DNA from: Negaprion brevirostris
Taxonomy: Eukaryota
DNA: 64,000 nucleotides
Reading direction: 5' to 3'
Assembly: GCA_030324005.1 (NCBI GenBank)
Contig: JARDVH010000121.1
Coordinates: 10,776,295-10,840,294, forward strand
The stretch's first letter is position 1, and the number at the start of each line of letters is the position of its first letter. The position numbers and the translations under genes are program-made. This document shows, piece after piece, positions 29,801 to 44,800 of this stretch. The notes beneath the pieces are model-generated. The model had not been told where the DNA came from and did not search any database. It worked only from the letters and a program-made list of their open reading frames with translations.

Positions 29801-32800
29801 ATTTTTGCAATGAAACCACCAGATGTTGCAAATGGAAAGAAAAAGGTCTGAGTTATTGATGTNNNNNNNNNNNNNNNNNNNNNNNNNNNNNNNNNNNNNN
29901 NNNNNNNNNNNNNNNNNNNNNNNNNNNNNNNNNNNNNNNNNNNNNNNNNNNNNNNNNNNNNNNNNNNNNNNNNNNNNNNNNNNNNNNNNNNNNNNNNNNN
30001 NNNNNNNNNNNNNNNNNNNNNNNNNNNNNNNNNNNNNNNNNNNNNNNNNNNNNNNNNNNNNNNNNNNNNNNNNNNNNNNNNNNNNNNNNNNNNNNNNNNN
30101 NNNNNNNNNNNNNNNNNNNNNNNNNNNNNNNNNNNNNNNNNNNNNNNNNNNNNNNNNNNNNNNNNNNNNNNNNNNNNNNNNNNNNNNNNNNNNNNNNNNN
30201 NNNNNNNNACATATATGTTTCAGTCATTCCATGATCTCTTTGTTCAATGTGCAATGCCCATGACGGGCTAACATCTTCTCACGAGCAATCCGATGTAAAT
30301 AGATAATTCTCACCATAACAGTGTACCACTGTGTTGCCCTCCTAAGACGATACTTAAGTCACATGTAACCAAGCATTCGAACATCTGCCCTAAGATTTGT
30401 TTTGGTTCTTTGTCTCCGGTTTGCATCTCAAAGACATTTTTGAAAAGGCTTGGGACTTTGGATAATGTTAAAGGTGTTCTCTAAGCAAACACTGTTGTTG
30501 ATCGTGTTGATATTAGCTGAAAACTGAGAATGACTCCCTTACGTGGTTTCTGAGCAGTGACACAGTTTTACAATAGATTGAAGATTATTTTCCAATTATT
30601 CATGAATACCTTCATGAATTCGTGAATTCATGAATACCTTCATGAATTCCATCAGGGCGATGTTTAATGCTGCAATGAAAGCGAATAATAATTGCCACCA
30701 GTCATACAAGTTTGATTGCTTCTAACTTGAATACGAAACATCGGGACAAAAATATGCTTATTTCTACCATATAAGGAAGAAATGTTTGGCGTGAGGACTA
30801 GGAAGTAGAAAGTGCTACTAATAGATCGGCTAGAGAAAGGAACTCTCTCCAAACTGTGTGCACTACTCTTTGTATGTTAAAATGTACAAACAAGTTAATA
30901 CAAAATTTGGGTTCATTAACGTGGACGGGGCATTTTGGTCAGGAATACCAGTGGAAACCAAATGTATTCAGTAAATCATTAGCAAATGACCTGCGAATCT
31001 CACCGCTAACATCCCTTTTGTCCTCCCCACCCCAATCATCCATCCCAGTCCACATACCCACACATAGGCGTGCACACACAGAAAACTNNNNNNNNNNNNN
31101 NNNNNNNNNNNNNNNNNNNNNNNNNNNNNNNNNNNNNNNNNNNNNNNNNNNNNNNNNNNNNNNNNNNNNNNNNNNNNNNNNNNNNNNTCATCCGTCCCAG
31201 TCCACATACACACACATAGGCGTGCACACACAGAAAACTGTTGCAATTGTGGTTGTGTTGCTAACCTTTGGACCGGTTTAATAATCTTTAGCTCACATTT
31301 CACGAAACCGAATCATGCAAAAGAAAATGGTGAAATGGCGAGTATGCTGCTGATCCAAGAAGATAAACGGCATATTCGGCATTTCCCACCTCATGCTGTT
31401 TTGCTACTTTGACTGAAAAATAGTCCGATTTCTCCACGTTAACAACATAACCCATCTTGTTTCTTATCACCTTCTCACTCAAGAAGTGGGAAAGATTCGA
31501 AATCAGCTCTTGGATTGCGGTAAGTACAAAGTATTGAATTAGCTTTCCTTGATAACACCGCTACGCAGTTCACTATTCTCCATGTTGGAAGACACGCATA
31601 CAGGAGAAGGTTATTGCCAGATAAATGTCTCCTGCAGATCCCTTGGCAATTTTGCAACTTTTTCTTTTACGGGATGGTCACAATATGAGATAAAGGCGAT
31701 GCCCACAGTGCCACATTTTCAAATCCCCCCAGCTGCCATGACGAGATATCCAGTTTGGTCATTAGATCGGTTGTCTCACCTTCTGTGTTATTTTTCCGTG
31801 GTACTGTTGGATGGGCGGTTGCTGGCCGACGTGTCGATTCATGAACCACCAAACTATATTGAATCTCATCATGGCCAAGTCGGGTTTCTGAAATAACTAT
31901 CAAATCAATTCCCCATTCCTCCCTTCCTTCCGTTCATCCTGGATTTTTTTGCCCCCTTCTAATAATAAGTTACCTTTTGAAATCGCATTTCAACTTGCAT
32001 CCAGCAATAGTTCAGGCAGCGTATTGAAGTTCATAGAAACTTAGAAAGCCCGTCTTATTACCATTGTTATTCCGCCCCAGCTATCGTGTAGCTTTGTTTC
32101 CTGGTTACTTACCGTTCTATTGGTGGATCGCTTTGAGTCTACTTACCCCATATTACACCGACATCCCTTCCAATTCAAATACAACATATTTACTTCCTTT
32201 GTTCGTTGGAGAACGATCTCAGCTTTTATAGTGTCACTCAATATCTGAACTTCCATAGAATCCATAGAGTGCAGACGGAAGCGATTCGGCCCATCGATCC
32301 TGTCCCGACTGTCCGAAAAAGCCTCCTACCCAGGTCCACAGTCTTGTTGTATCCCATAAGGCTGTGCATTTGCCATGCCTAATCCACCTAACCGACACAT
32401 CGCTACGCACTAAGGGACAACTTAGCATGACATGTCCGGCTCACCTGCATGTCACTGGACACTAATGGACAATATAGCATGGTCAGTCCATATTATCGGC
32501 ACATACTTGAACAATAAGGGGTAACTTAGTATGGCCAATTCACCTAACCTGCACATCTTTGGACACTAATGGACAATACTGCATGGTCAATCCACTTAAT
32601 CTGCTCATCACTGGACACTAAGAGACAAATTAGCACGGCCAATTCATCTAAGCAGTATATCGGTGGATTGCAGGGGACAATGGCGCACCGAAAGGAAGAA
32701 CGCTGACGCAGGCAGAACGTGGAAAAGCCACACAGAGTTATCCGAGGCCCGAATCGAAGCCAGGGCCCTGACACTGTGATCAAACTGTTAACAATTCCTC

Positions 32801-35800
32801 ACGCCTGATATATCTCTGTTTAGTCACTGATTATTTTGCTACAATGTGTGCCATATGCAAGATGCATTTAAGCAACTGCAACAGATTCAATGAGAGACAA
32901 ATTTCAGCAGCAAAATCTGCATTCCAGGCTGACAAGAGCAGAAGTCACTTTGGGAAACCGTGATTGTTAATTTCTTTCAANNNNNNNNNNNNNNNNNNNN
33001 NNNNNNNNNNNNNNNNNNNNNNNNNNNNNNNNNNNNNNNNNNNNNNNNNNNNNNNNNNNNNNNNNNNNNNNNNNNNNNNNNNNNNNNNNNNNNNNNNNNN
33101 NNNNNNNNNNNNNNNNNNNNNNNNNNNNNNNNNNNNNNNNNNNNNNNNNNNNNNNNNNNNNNNNNNNNNNNNNNNNNNNNNNNNNNNNNNNNNNNNNNNN
33201 NNNNNNNNNNNNNNNNNNNNNNNNNNNNNNNNNNNNNNNNNNNNNNNNNNNNNNNNNNNNNNNNNNNNNNNNNNNNNNNNNNNNNNNNNNNNNNNNNNNN
33301 NNNNNNNNNNNNNNNNNNNNNNNNNNNNNNNNNNNNNNNNNNNNNNNNNNNNNNNNNNNNNNNNNNNNNNNNNNNNNNNNNNNNNNNNNNNNNNNNNNNN
33401 NNNNNNNNNNNNNNNNNNNNNNNNNNNNNNNNNNNNNNNNNNNNNNNNNNNNNNNNNNNNNNNNNNNNNNNNNNNNNNNNNNNNNNNNNNNNNNNNNNNN
33501 NNNNNNNNNNNNNNNNNNNNNNNNNNNNNNNNNNNNNNNNNNNNNNNNNNNNNNNNNNNNNNNNNNNNNNNNNAAATCGTTCTTTTCCTGTTCTCTCTCT
33601 CTCTCTCTCTCTCTCAGTCTGTGTGTGCGTGTGTGTTTGTGTGTGTGTGTGTGTTCGGAATATTTCTTCCCTGACGAGTAAGAAAGTCAGGTACACAAAT
33701 TATATTCCTGAGTTTCGGGCAGATTGTCTATCGGGTCTCTGTGAGTCTCCTTACAGTGATTAACTTTCAGCTCACCCATGCCTCCTAAATGCTGACTTTG
33801 GCCATCTATGTGGGACTCAAGCTTGGGACACTGCAGCATTGCTCAAGGTTGGTGACCTTTTCCACTACACAACAGAGGGAATCTGAGCATATTTCAGCTC
33901 ATCCATGCTTCCCAATAGAATTTTTTTAAACCATCTACTGCGGTGGGATTAGAGCCAGCGACCCAGGAGCAGTGCTCTATGATTGCGACTTTTCCTATTC
34001 AGTGATCTAACGGGCAAAGGATGTATTAAAATTAGCGGATGTGGTTTCAATTTGCAGTGGGGACGAGAAATGGTCTCATGCACATATTAAGTCTCAGAGG
34101 CAGCAACTAAAAACGCAGCCCAACTGCCCCTTACTCATGATCTCCTCCTGGGACGGTGCGATTCTCAAATTGGCAGCGGGCTTTTCTTTATGTCCGGAGG
34201 ACCTAGCTGGCCTGAACTGCCCGATTATCATTAAAGAGCAGAATAAATTCAGGTGATTCTATTGTTATATACTGGGTGTTTTTATTTTGTGATGTGATTA
34301 TACAGAATGCTATGAATCAGATAAGAAGACAGCAATATTCCTGAGCAAGATGAAGCTGGACGGTCACACAACATGGACGTCGGCACCAGAAACGACAGCG
34401 AATACCCCAGCCCCATCGTGCAATTTCATTCTTACCAACATCTGGGGGCTAGTGCCAAAGTTTGCAGAGCTATTCAGAGACGAGTAAAGCAACAGCCCAA
34501 GATAGTTACCTCCTTAGGCTGTACGACCTCTAAAATCTGTAAGTACAAGGACAGCAGATCAACTGATGGAATAGCACCACATGGAGGCTGGCCTCCATCA
34601 CTCATTATCCCAGCATGGAGATGTATCACTATTCTTTAACAATGGCTGAGAAAAATTCCTGGAATTCCTTGCCTGACAGCACTCAGGGTGTAGCTACAGA
34701 TCGAGATGTTAGCTCACCACCCCATTGTAACGGCAGCCAGAGTTAGCCCCTCAATGGTGGCGAAGTCAATGACGCTCAAATCTCGTAAACCAATAAAAAA
34801 AGAGACGGTGAACATAAGAAATAGGAGCAGGAGTAGGCCATCTACACTTCAAGCCTGCCCCGCCATTCAATATGGCTGACCTGAAGTGGATCAGTTCCAC
34901 TTTCCTTCTTTCTCCCCATAACCCTTAATTTCCTTGTCTGTCAAAAACCTATCTACCCGTGACTTAAATATATTTAGCGAGGTANNNNNNNNNNNNNNNN
35001 NNNNNNNNNNNNNNNNNNNNNNNNNNNNNNNNNNNNNNNNNNNNNNNNNNNNNNNNNNNNNNNNNNNNNNNNNNNNNNNNNNNNCCAACTCTCTGCCTCC
35101 TATTAGACAACCAATCCTCTATCCACGCTAACACCCTACCCCCAACTCCATGCCCCCTAACTTGTTGTGATTAAGAAATTGCACGGACTAATAGTTTTCT
35201 CCCACTCTCCTTCACTGGTCAAGTAAATCAATCCTCTTAATGATGGAATAAAGATACTGCAGCCCTTCCGCCATCTTAAGATTTATTTTCACGGCGATTG
35301 AAACTGATACATATACGGTGCACAAGTGAATTAAATATTTCAAAGTCAAAATGAATCTATTTTGTTGTAGTGGAGTCCTACACAATCTAACTCAATGGAA
35401 GACTCGGTCCAAGTGAGCAAACAGCTTCCTCCCTTTCGTGATGGACCTATCATGGCTTGAACAAGGTGGTGTGTTCCACTGCACTTGTGCTGCTATTGAG
35501 GATTAGATGTTGACTTTGAACTTCTTGACTTCTTCTGAACTATATGTCAGGGCAAGAAACAGGCAAAGATTCCAGACCAACTGTAGGCTCTATCAGGGAA
35601 GTATTTTCAATTATGCACAATTGAAGTAATTGCAACTTAATATAGTGTGTAACTTATATTGAATCGCTGATCAATAATTCTACCACATTAGTTGAATTCT
35701 ATCCGGTTTCCCAGTTCGAATTTCAATCATCGAATATATTGCTGCAAACAGGCGGGTTTGTTTCTGCTGAAGAGTTTTGTCTTCCTTCTTCCATTATCTT

Positions 35801-38800
35801 ACTTAACACGTTGTGGTGTAAGAACTCAGGCTACAAACAACCATCTATCGTCCCAACTGAGTTTCGAAGAAAGCGAAAAATGTGGCGTTTCAAATTCACT
35901 GCATGTTGGACTTGGCACACCAGTTGATGTCAGCAATTAGAGGAAAGGGAAACGTTGGACAGCTTATGAAATCGTCCATGGTTCATATTCGCATAAAATT
36001 CTGCAGGTAACGCTTGCGTTCAGTGACGTCAATGAAAGTTAACACCATAGTCACTTTTTGACGTGAGAATAGCAGAGAGCTCGTGCTAAACGAGACTCAA
36101 ATCCAGAGCGTGGGGCAAATGATTCTGAGTAAGAACGTAAGAACGTAAGAACTAGGAGCAGGAGTAGGCCATCTGGCCCCTCAAGCCTGCTCTGCCCATC
36201 AATATGATCATTGCTGATCGTTTCGTGATCTCTGCTTCACTCAGTCACCCGTTCGCCATGATCCTTAATTCCTTACTCGGGTTCAAATCCCATCATGGCA
36301 ACTGCAGAAATGAAATGCTAGAATAACGAAGTAAGGATCTGTTTTTGATCATCTTGAAACTGTTGGATTGTCGTCAAAGAACATTTACATTCACGAACTT
36401 CCTCTCAGAAAGGGAATCTACAAAGAATCGACAATTGACAACCCAATGAAGATGATTGCATCTTAAGTCCTAACGACCCTTCCTTAAAAAACGATGGACT
36501 GTAGCTGTATAAGAAGAATAATACTCACTGTCATCATCTGAAGACAATTTGGGATGGCCAAACAATGCTGATTATCTTTTTCATGTTCCTATCCGTGCAA
36601 TAATGTCTCAAATAGTTTACCGATCTCGTTCACTAGTGTCTTTTGGGGAACGAAATCTGCCGTTGTTAATTTGTATGCCCGACATGTCAGTCGACAGCCA
36701 TAGCAGTGTGGTTAACTTTCAACTGTCCTGTAAAATTACAACTCAAACAGATCAATCAAAGGCAACCAGGAATGGGAAATAAATGCTAGCCAGACAGTAT
36801 GTGGCTCGAATGAAACAGCAAAAACTCATCCTGATTAAATTATTATTTTCCAATAGCATTGGAAAAAGCCAAGAAAGAGATTTTTGATATTGGTGAGTAT
36901 TACATTAACTTAAACTTTCTTTGAACAGCTGGCTACCCGATCATTGCATTGCTTTGCTGATGCTTTTTGTATTCCCTCTTGAATGAAATTTCCCCTGAAT
37001 TCTTTTTGGAATACTCCTAGCATGTGTCGCACTGAGTATTACTCGAATAATCCAAAGAAAACACTTAGGAGAAGACAGTAACATATACAAAGCACTAGCC
37101 AATCGGATCAGGCAGAGAGCTCATCCAATAGACACTGAATTGTGTTACCAACGCATAAGATAAGAACAATCGCCTGTAGGCAGTAGATTTCACTGGAAAT
37201 AAAATGTACCAGGCATGATGAGATTAATAGAACAAGGACGTAATTTTAAGACTGTGCCATTTACCTCAACTTCTAACACCTGAAAGTACCTCCACTAAGT
37301 AAGAAGTAATGAAATTGATGGAATGTTCTCAGATTGTTTGGTGTTGTTGGGTTAATCGAGATGACTATCTTAACTTTAGACAATACAAAGGTCATCAGGC
37401 AGATATCTCTGTATAAAGACAAAACATTTGTTTAAATAAAACAAAACAGCTGCAAGGAGATCACGAAAAAGGCTAAGTAGCTCTAAGATAGAGACAGAAC
37501 CTCTCTGCATTCTTGTCTTATATTAGTTTAAAATCAACTACATTTAGTATATATTCGCCAATAATGATCGCTGACATATAACTCAGCTAATTACATTTTA
37601 CTATTCAGCATAATCATATTTCATTAATCCATTAAATCCGGATGCTAATTCCCATATCAGCTATAGTCACTTCCTGCTTATCTTAGATGCCCACTAAAGC
37701 GGTCAAAGTGGATTTTCTCAAGTGGATCATTACCAAACTGAATAGGCACGTGATCCCACATCTGGCAGGCTGTCATCCAAAGTCTTAACAATGAATACTC
37801 CTATCCATAAATGTCGAAATACATGTTCCTGCATAAGAAACTTGCTGATATTGAATTTTGCTAACTAGGGGTTCCCAGGCCTTTGAGTCTGAACTATTCA
37901 CCTTTACCAACGTACCTTATAGTAATCTGTTTTCTGCTGAAGTGAACAATGATTCTTACAATACTTAAAATACATTAAAATATCAGCATGCATGTTTTAA
38001 AATCTTAACTACCTGTTTAATTATCTTACTGCATTTACGTGCGTGTAATCTATTCCTCTTGTTAGCTTATTAGTTTGTTTCAAGAATCATTTCGCTCTTT
38101 ACCAATAGTGCTGTCGGTGCCTTAAAGTATTCTGTTTAAAAACGTTATTAACTGGTTAGAGATCTCCCACTTCAGCTGTGTACAGTGGCGTTAGTACACA
38201 AGAAGTTCGAAGGCATCAAGGATAAATCAGAACTACTTGTCATTTGTAGGCCACTTACACATCGAACACAATGTTTGCTGTGCAAAGTAAATTAGTGGAT
38301 GCAATGCAACAACCCATTGATATGTATGAGATAGTCCCAAACAGTTCTTTAGTATATAGTAACTGCAACAATAAAGTTAAAGAATGGAAATTCCATTCTC
38401 TACTGATCCCTCCCGCTTGGATTTTATTGGCTAGCTTCTACAGCTAAAGTATAAAGATACACGCTCCTGGAAAGTAATAGTTCATATCACTGCAGGGTTC
38501 AAGGGGCACACTGGTCCCCATCTTCGATGGCCACTTGGTATGGACAAATTCCATCCTTACAAGTAAATTTCATATCCTGGAAATGATTAACGGTGAATCA
38601 AAACTATAATAGTGTATAATATTAGACAAATTTTCAATGATGCTGGTTAAATTCAACCACTGTTTCAGACTTATCGTTTCATTTTTTCGCCTGGAGTAAT
38701 GAAAATAGAATACTCTTCGACAATTCACTTTCATTTTTGTATTTAGTCACTTAAGGCTGCTGATTTTCAAAATTATGTGTGGACGTCTACATGCAGATCA

Positions 38801-41800
38801 GTAGAACCGGGTTCAGTTGACAGAGTAAGTGGAAGAGGATTGAGTTGTGGCTTTCGCGTATGTATTTGAGGGGACAAAATTACCTGCTATGGGCACGTGG
38901 GATGGAAAGGAGATCTTTTAATAGCGTGGCGCTCTCGGTACAAAGTATTATACAGTGCAATATAAGAGGGAGAAGTGACCTATTGATTCCCGGTAGAAAA
39001 GATATAACATTTCATAGAGTTGGTACCCAGATTACACACAATGTCCTACTTTTGCTTGTTCCGCTAATTGTTCTGCTTCACTTTTCTCTCCAGAAGCAAA
39101 GTTGACTAGCAAAACCAAAGGTGAGAGATGGGAAAACACCTTAATTGTATGGTCAAAATGAAACTAAAATGCCATGTTTGACAGTGATTGAGTTGGGTAT
39201 TAAATTTAAGATGCAGAGATTTGGGAATCTGCGCACATTCGCATGTCATGGAAAAACTAGAGCCAATAAGCCAAAATAACGCTTTGGGCCGCTACATACC
39301 CGAAACACTGGAATACTCGAATGAATAGAAGCCATGTCACAGAATATAAAACACTGGAGCGTTACTGGACCAATGTGAATTATTCAGGTTATCAATGCAA
39401 TGAGGAGGAATGCGTTTGGAAATGAAAGGGTTTACCAAATTGACAGCTAGACGAGAGGAAAGATTGCACAAATTCCGGTTGTGCTCCCTGCAGTTTAAAA
39501 GCTAGGTGCATGGGTAGCAGGAAATGTATGGAATTATAAGGAGCACAGATGGGGAATTTATGTCAAACAATGATTTTTGCTGGTTGGCGCATCCGCTTTG
39601 GTGCATAATCGAAAATAAGAGCAAAGCTTTTCTCAAAAAGCAAGTTGTTTCAATGATGTGAGCTCCTCGCACAAGGAGCAATTGATTCTGGATCAATGGC
39701 TCGCTGAAATCAGAGATTAATGGTTCCATTTTAACTTACAATTGCAAGTGACATTGTGCACAGTTACAGAAACGGAATAATACCGAGGCTCAGCCAGCAA
39801 CTCAGTGAATTGTGGAATGGGATAGAGGTTCGAATGGAATAATGCAGCTTTGGTGTTAGCCATAAACAGCAAGATCCAATTCTTGCTATCTGGTGCTTCA
39901 TCTTCGGTCACACAACTTGACGTTGCAATCTGATACTATGTTCACTGTAATGATTACATTTTGAAAATCCAAACCTCAGCTGTGAATTGACAATTCGGTG
40001 TCAGCTTTGAGGAGCTCGAAATGTTTCCTACCACTCATTTTTGTTTACAGTTGTTTCTTCAAGAATAAAACATGTCAGGTTCGAATTTGTTTGAGAAACC
40101 TTAAGAAGGTAAGCCATGAAATCATATCATAGAACCCCTTCAGCGCAAAAGAGGCCATGGGCTCAACCGATATATCTTGACTGTCTCCCTTCCTGTCCCC
40201 CATATTTCCCATCGCTAATCCACCTAATCTACACATTTTGGGACACTAACCGACTGCATAGCATGGGCAATCTACCTAATTTACACAACTTTGGACTGTG
40301 GAAGGAAACCTGGAGCGAACACAAATAGAGAGGAGGAGAACACATAATCTCCACACAGTCACCCAAGGCCGCAATTGAACCCATATCGCAGAAGTCCTGA
40401 GAGTGCAGTGTCATCATGTAACCCACGGCATTCAACAAAACGGCAGGTCCACATTCTCAAACAGTGCAATAATATATCAGGTCCCCGATACTGCCTTACG
40501 TTCAAACAGCCCCGACTTCTGTATTCCAGTTAAGTGGTTAAATGGCCCCAACTTGCTGTGCAAGTGAAAGAGTGTGGGACTTGGTGTGTGAGTAAATCGG
40601 TAAGGTAATATGAGATTGTTAGATGCCTAAGAGTGTAGATGAGCGAGGCATGTGCGTAGGTAAGTGGGCTGCCAGATAGTTGAGGCAGTAGCTGCATGTC
40701 AAGGCAGTTGGATTGGGCAGCTGGTGAGTAAGGTGGTCGGGTGAGGTGGCAAGATCGTCGGGTGGCAGCTGGGTGGGGTAGAATCCTGCCATGGAGTTAG
40801 GTAGCTAAAGTGAACGCTGGGTTGTGTTCAAGCAGGTTAGGGTGGTGGCTCCGTCGGNNNNNNNNNNNNNNNNNNNNNNNNNNNNNNNNNNNNNNNGGTG
40901 TTGAGATGGCGGCGCGGGCTCGTTGGGCCGAAGGGCCTATTTCCCGGGCTGATTTTGTTCTTTGTTCTTTGTTCTTTGTTCTCTCTGAGGTCTTCAAATC
41001 AACACTGTAGACTATTTTTGCTTACGTTCGATTAATTTATTGTGTATTGGTACTCCAAGAAAGGCAGCAAATACACTTTATAACTTGATGATCTGGCCCT
41101 TATTATTATTTCCTCGCAATTTAAGTGCTTGCATCTCTTTATGGTCAACATTCTCTTTGGCGGAGAATTGGGCTCCACACAATCCACGCTCAGCACAACC
41201 ATGTTTGCAGTCTTAGCCCAATTCTGAAATATAGAATCTGTCTATTCACCATGACTACACTTCTTTCTGTCAAACCGTCTCTTACCCTTTGCGTTTCGGG
41301 GATCATTCCCTTTCTTGTACTGGGTAACCTTGTGGGACTGGTACCTACGAAATATTTTGTACTGTGTCCTCGGGGTCTCTGGTACGTTGACCATCTTTCT
41401 GGCCCAGGTGATGAGAAGGAAACATTCCACATCTTCTTTGGAACAGGGAAATGACTCTTTAGAATACCATCCTAGCAATTCAGTCAGTGCTTCAAGAATT
41501 CCTCAAGTCCCAGTGAATATTTTGGAAAAAGCAGATCCAGTCCCCAACGGCCCATCGACTGGAAAACACGGGCCGTTATGAAACTTCAGGTTTATCCTAG
41601 CAGACACTGTGAGGGATACCGAGAGATTAGTCAGAATCGTGAGAACTAATAACAATCCCACCTAGCCCGTAACCCCACGTATTGATCCTACTAATCCTTC
41701 TGAGGCAAAGGGTCAGTTTAATATGGCCAANNNNNNNNNNNNNNNNNNNNNNNNNNNNNNNNNNNNNNNNNNNNNNNNGGGAAAATGTGCAAACTCCACA

Positions 41801-44800
41801 CGGACAACCATCGAAAGCCAGAATTGGCAGTGTTAACCACAATACCACCTGGCCATCACCATCTCCCCCACACCTCCCTCCATCCCCGAACAATCTAGAA
41901 GTCAATATGGAAGAGATTGCCTGAAAGCAAGGTGGAAGTAGCTGAACAATATAATGCAACGGAAAAATGGTATCAATATTTGAAAATGAGGTGTGGTGAG
42001 CAATGTTGTTTAAAACCATTCGAAATAGAGTCAGAATTAAGAGCTTATTAGTTATCTGTTTTCAAGATGAGGTTTAGGCATCATGAACAGATTGGCTTCC
42101 ATCTAATATGTCTCAATGGATGTCTCCTTTTTATATTCATCAAGCAAAGGTGGCCGTAGCTCAAATATTTTGCGATCAATTGTAACTTCTCCACATCTCT
42201 GTTCTGTGTTAGGGTCACGCGACTTTTGAAGGCGTCTGCTGATTTTGCTTTCCTTTCAGCCATGTATTAATCGCGTACTTTGTCAAAAATCCACGCAACG
42301 TGGAACAGTCAGACATTCACCAATTTGCCTAAACGCATTGTAGATTGCCAACATGTTTTCTATCTTCTTGCTGTATAGCCCAAAATGACTGACATCAAGT
42401 AGAGATCAAACGCACCACCATGGGCGCGTTTTTGTAGGGTTGCAATATCTCTTTGTAATATTTATAAGCTAATCTTAACTTTTGACTTTGTCTATTTTTG
42501 GCTATTGTGGGGATACGCTATCTTTATTAGATTGTTTGTCTTTGGCATTTTTCTGTGATGCAAACCTCGATATTTCTACAACGCTATTTATTGAATGTTT
42601 TGTGCGTCGTCGAACTAGTTTGCATAACCATGACATTGTGCATAACCAACAACAATATATTTCATTGACACAGCACCGTTTGGAAATTGCATACATTGAA
42701 AGCTCTTGCTATGAAGAACCAACACTTTGGAAGAATTATTTCATTAGGCAAACGTGCCATAATATTACGCAGTCCTTGCTTTGAGAGTTTAGTTCATAAG
42801 CAACTGAAGTCATCGAGTACAGAGAAGCAGTAAGAGCCCCAAACTGGCAAGGATTCGTAAATTTTAGAAGATATTCAGAGCTGCAGGAGCTAGTTGAAAA
42901 AGGTGTCGAGATGTCTCACAGAAAATCGAAACTATGATAGGAAATTTGAATTCAAGGCAATGCGAGACCAAAAAGTAAGAAGTTATGGTGACAGGAACTG
43001 AAGTCAATTAACTGATAAATACATTCTGTAATTAGCGTAATTGATCCCATTCCCACGTGTCCTCGAAGTCATTATTTCTCAGAATCTGCGCTGGTCGTTA
43101 TCCTGAATACAAGCAAAACTTTAGCAAATCATCATTATTATTTTCTACAGAATTGGAAAACGAAAAAAATGACGCATTTGACGGTGGTGAGTACAATTAT
43201 TTCTTTGCATTAACTGTTGTCATCCAGGTCAGAAACTCCAATGAGTTTTATGTAGCCAGCCTAGACCATAAGTTTTGTATCTGGAATTTTAGCAAGGTAT
43301 AAGATATTTGACTCCAGATATGATTCAAATATCCCACAAGGGAGTTAATATCAAACAAATTTATTTAAGAATACAGCTAACACATAATAAGACAATTTGC
43401 AATAACTTCTACCAATTACAAGCAAGAAAAAAAACCGTGTTATCGGTTAAACTTCAAAGCTCCGAATACTGTTTTACCCAACCAGTCTTCTTAAAAACAT
43501 CCACCCATCCCAGGTTTAGCAGAAAATAACAATGCACACTTGATGCTGGGTTTTTTAGGTCTGCAAAGCCAGCTTGAATTATTCCATCGGAAGGAGAATT
43601 GAAGCTGTGAATTTCCAGCCCTGGAGCTTCCAGCCTAGCTCAAGGTAAACATAGAACACTGCTTGCCTCTATCTAGCAAGCCACAAATAACAAAGCTATC
43701 ACTCCAGGAGAGTAAGAAACACTGCTTCCAACCAGTTGGCAGTGTTTCAAATACCAGGGAAAGAGACGGAAATACTGCATTTCAGTCTGCAATCCAATAG
43801 CTTCTAACTCCCTAGCAGCCAAAACTAAGAACATAAGAAATAGGAGCAGGAGTAGGCCATCTAGTCCTTCGAGCCTGCCCTGCCGTTCAATAAGATCATG
43901 GCNNNNNNNNNNNNNNNNNNNNNNNNNNNNNNNNNNNNNNNNNNNNNNNNNNNNNNNNNNNNNNNNNNNNNNNNNNNNNNNNNNNNNNNNNNNNNNNNNN
44001 NNNNNNNNNNNNNNNNNNNNNNNNNNNNNNNNNNNNNNNNNNNNNNNNNNNNNNACTCCTCAACTCTGTTCTAAACTGCCCCCCCGCAACCTTATATTGA
44101 GGATGTGCCCTCTAGTTCTGTTTTCCTTTCTAAGTGGAAAGAATCTCTCTACCCCTACCCTATCTAGCCCCTTCATTATCTTCTAAGTCTCTATAAGATC
44201 CCCCCTCAGCCTTCTAAACTCCAGCGAGCACAGGCCCAGTCTATTTAATCTCTCCTCATAAGCTAACCCCCTCATCTCTGGTATCAACTGGAAGTAAAGA
44301 ACTATTCCAGCCTGACCTGTCAATCCTTCTCCCCCCAACAATTCAAAATGGTCGGAAAACACGAAAAACGTCTGGAAATTGCATTAGGATCAGAATAAAA
44401 ATGAACTATATGACTCTAACGACAACACAATATGTCACTACAGACCCCATGGTGCCAATAAAAAATCGGGTTGCTTAAAAGCTGCAGAAAACATGATTAA
44501 AAATACATTTCTTAAAGGCACAGTAGTGTCACTTCATCCAAGATCAAATAATTTCCTCCTTGCTAGATCTCGTTTGTTTCAATTTTGTAGCTTTGTTTCA
44601 ATTTGCTTTATTATCTTGAGCAAACGAATACAACAATATGCCAGAAAATATAGCTGGGCCATGTCTTCAATTTTGTTTTTATGTCGTGCTAAGTATCACC
44701 AGAGATATTATTGGAAGAGCTTTCAAGCCAATTTCATTTTTTTTCTTTAAATTTCAACGAAAACTTTTTCTAACTCTGAGATTTTCTGCTGTGGGAGTAA

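Noticed and set aside
32960-33763. Long ORFs in the track (e.g. 267 aa, 196 aa, 182 aa)
   Set aside because: Their length comes from N runs translated as X.
34306-34332. 27-nt segment after tatacag (ECYESDKKT) as the missing exon
   Set aside because: Followed by caatat, not GT; lacks the hydrophobic residue 4.
40050-40108. Strong donor AAG|gtaagc at 40108
   Set aside because: No AG at 27 or 36 nt upstream; the nearest gives 30 nt without a pyrimidine tract or repeat consensus.
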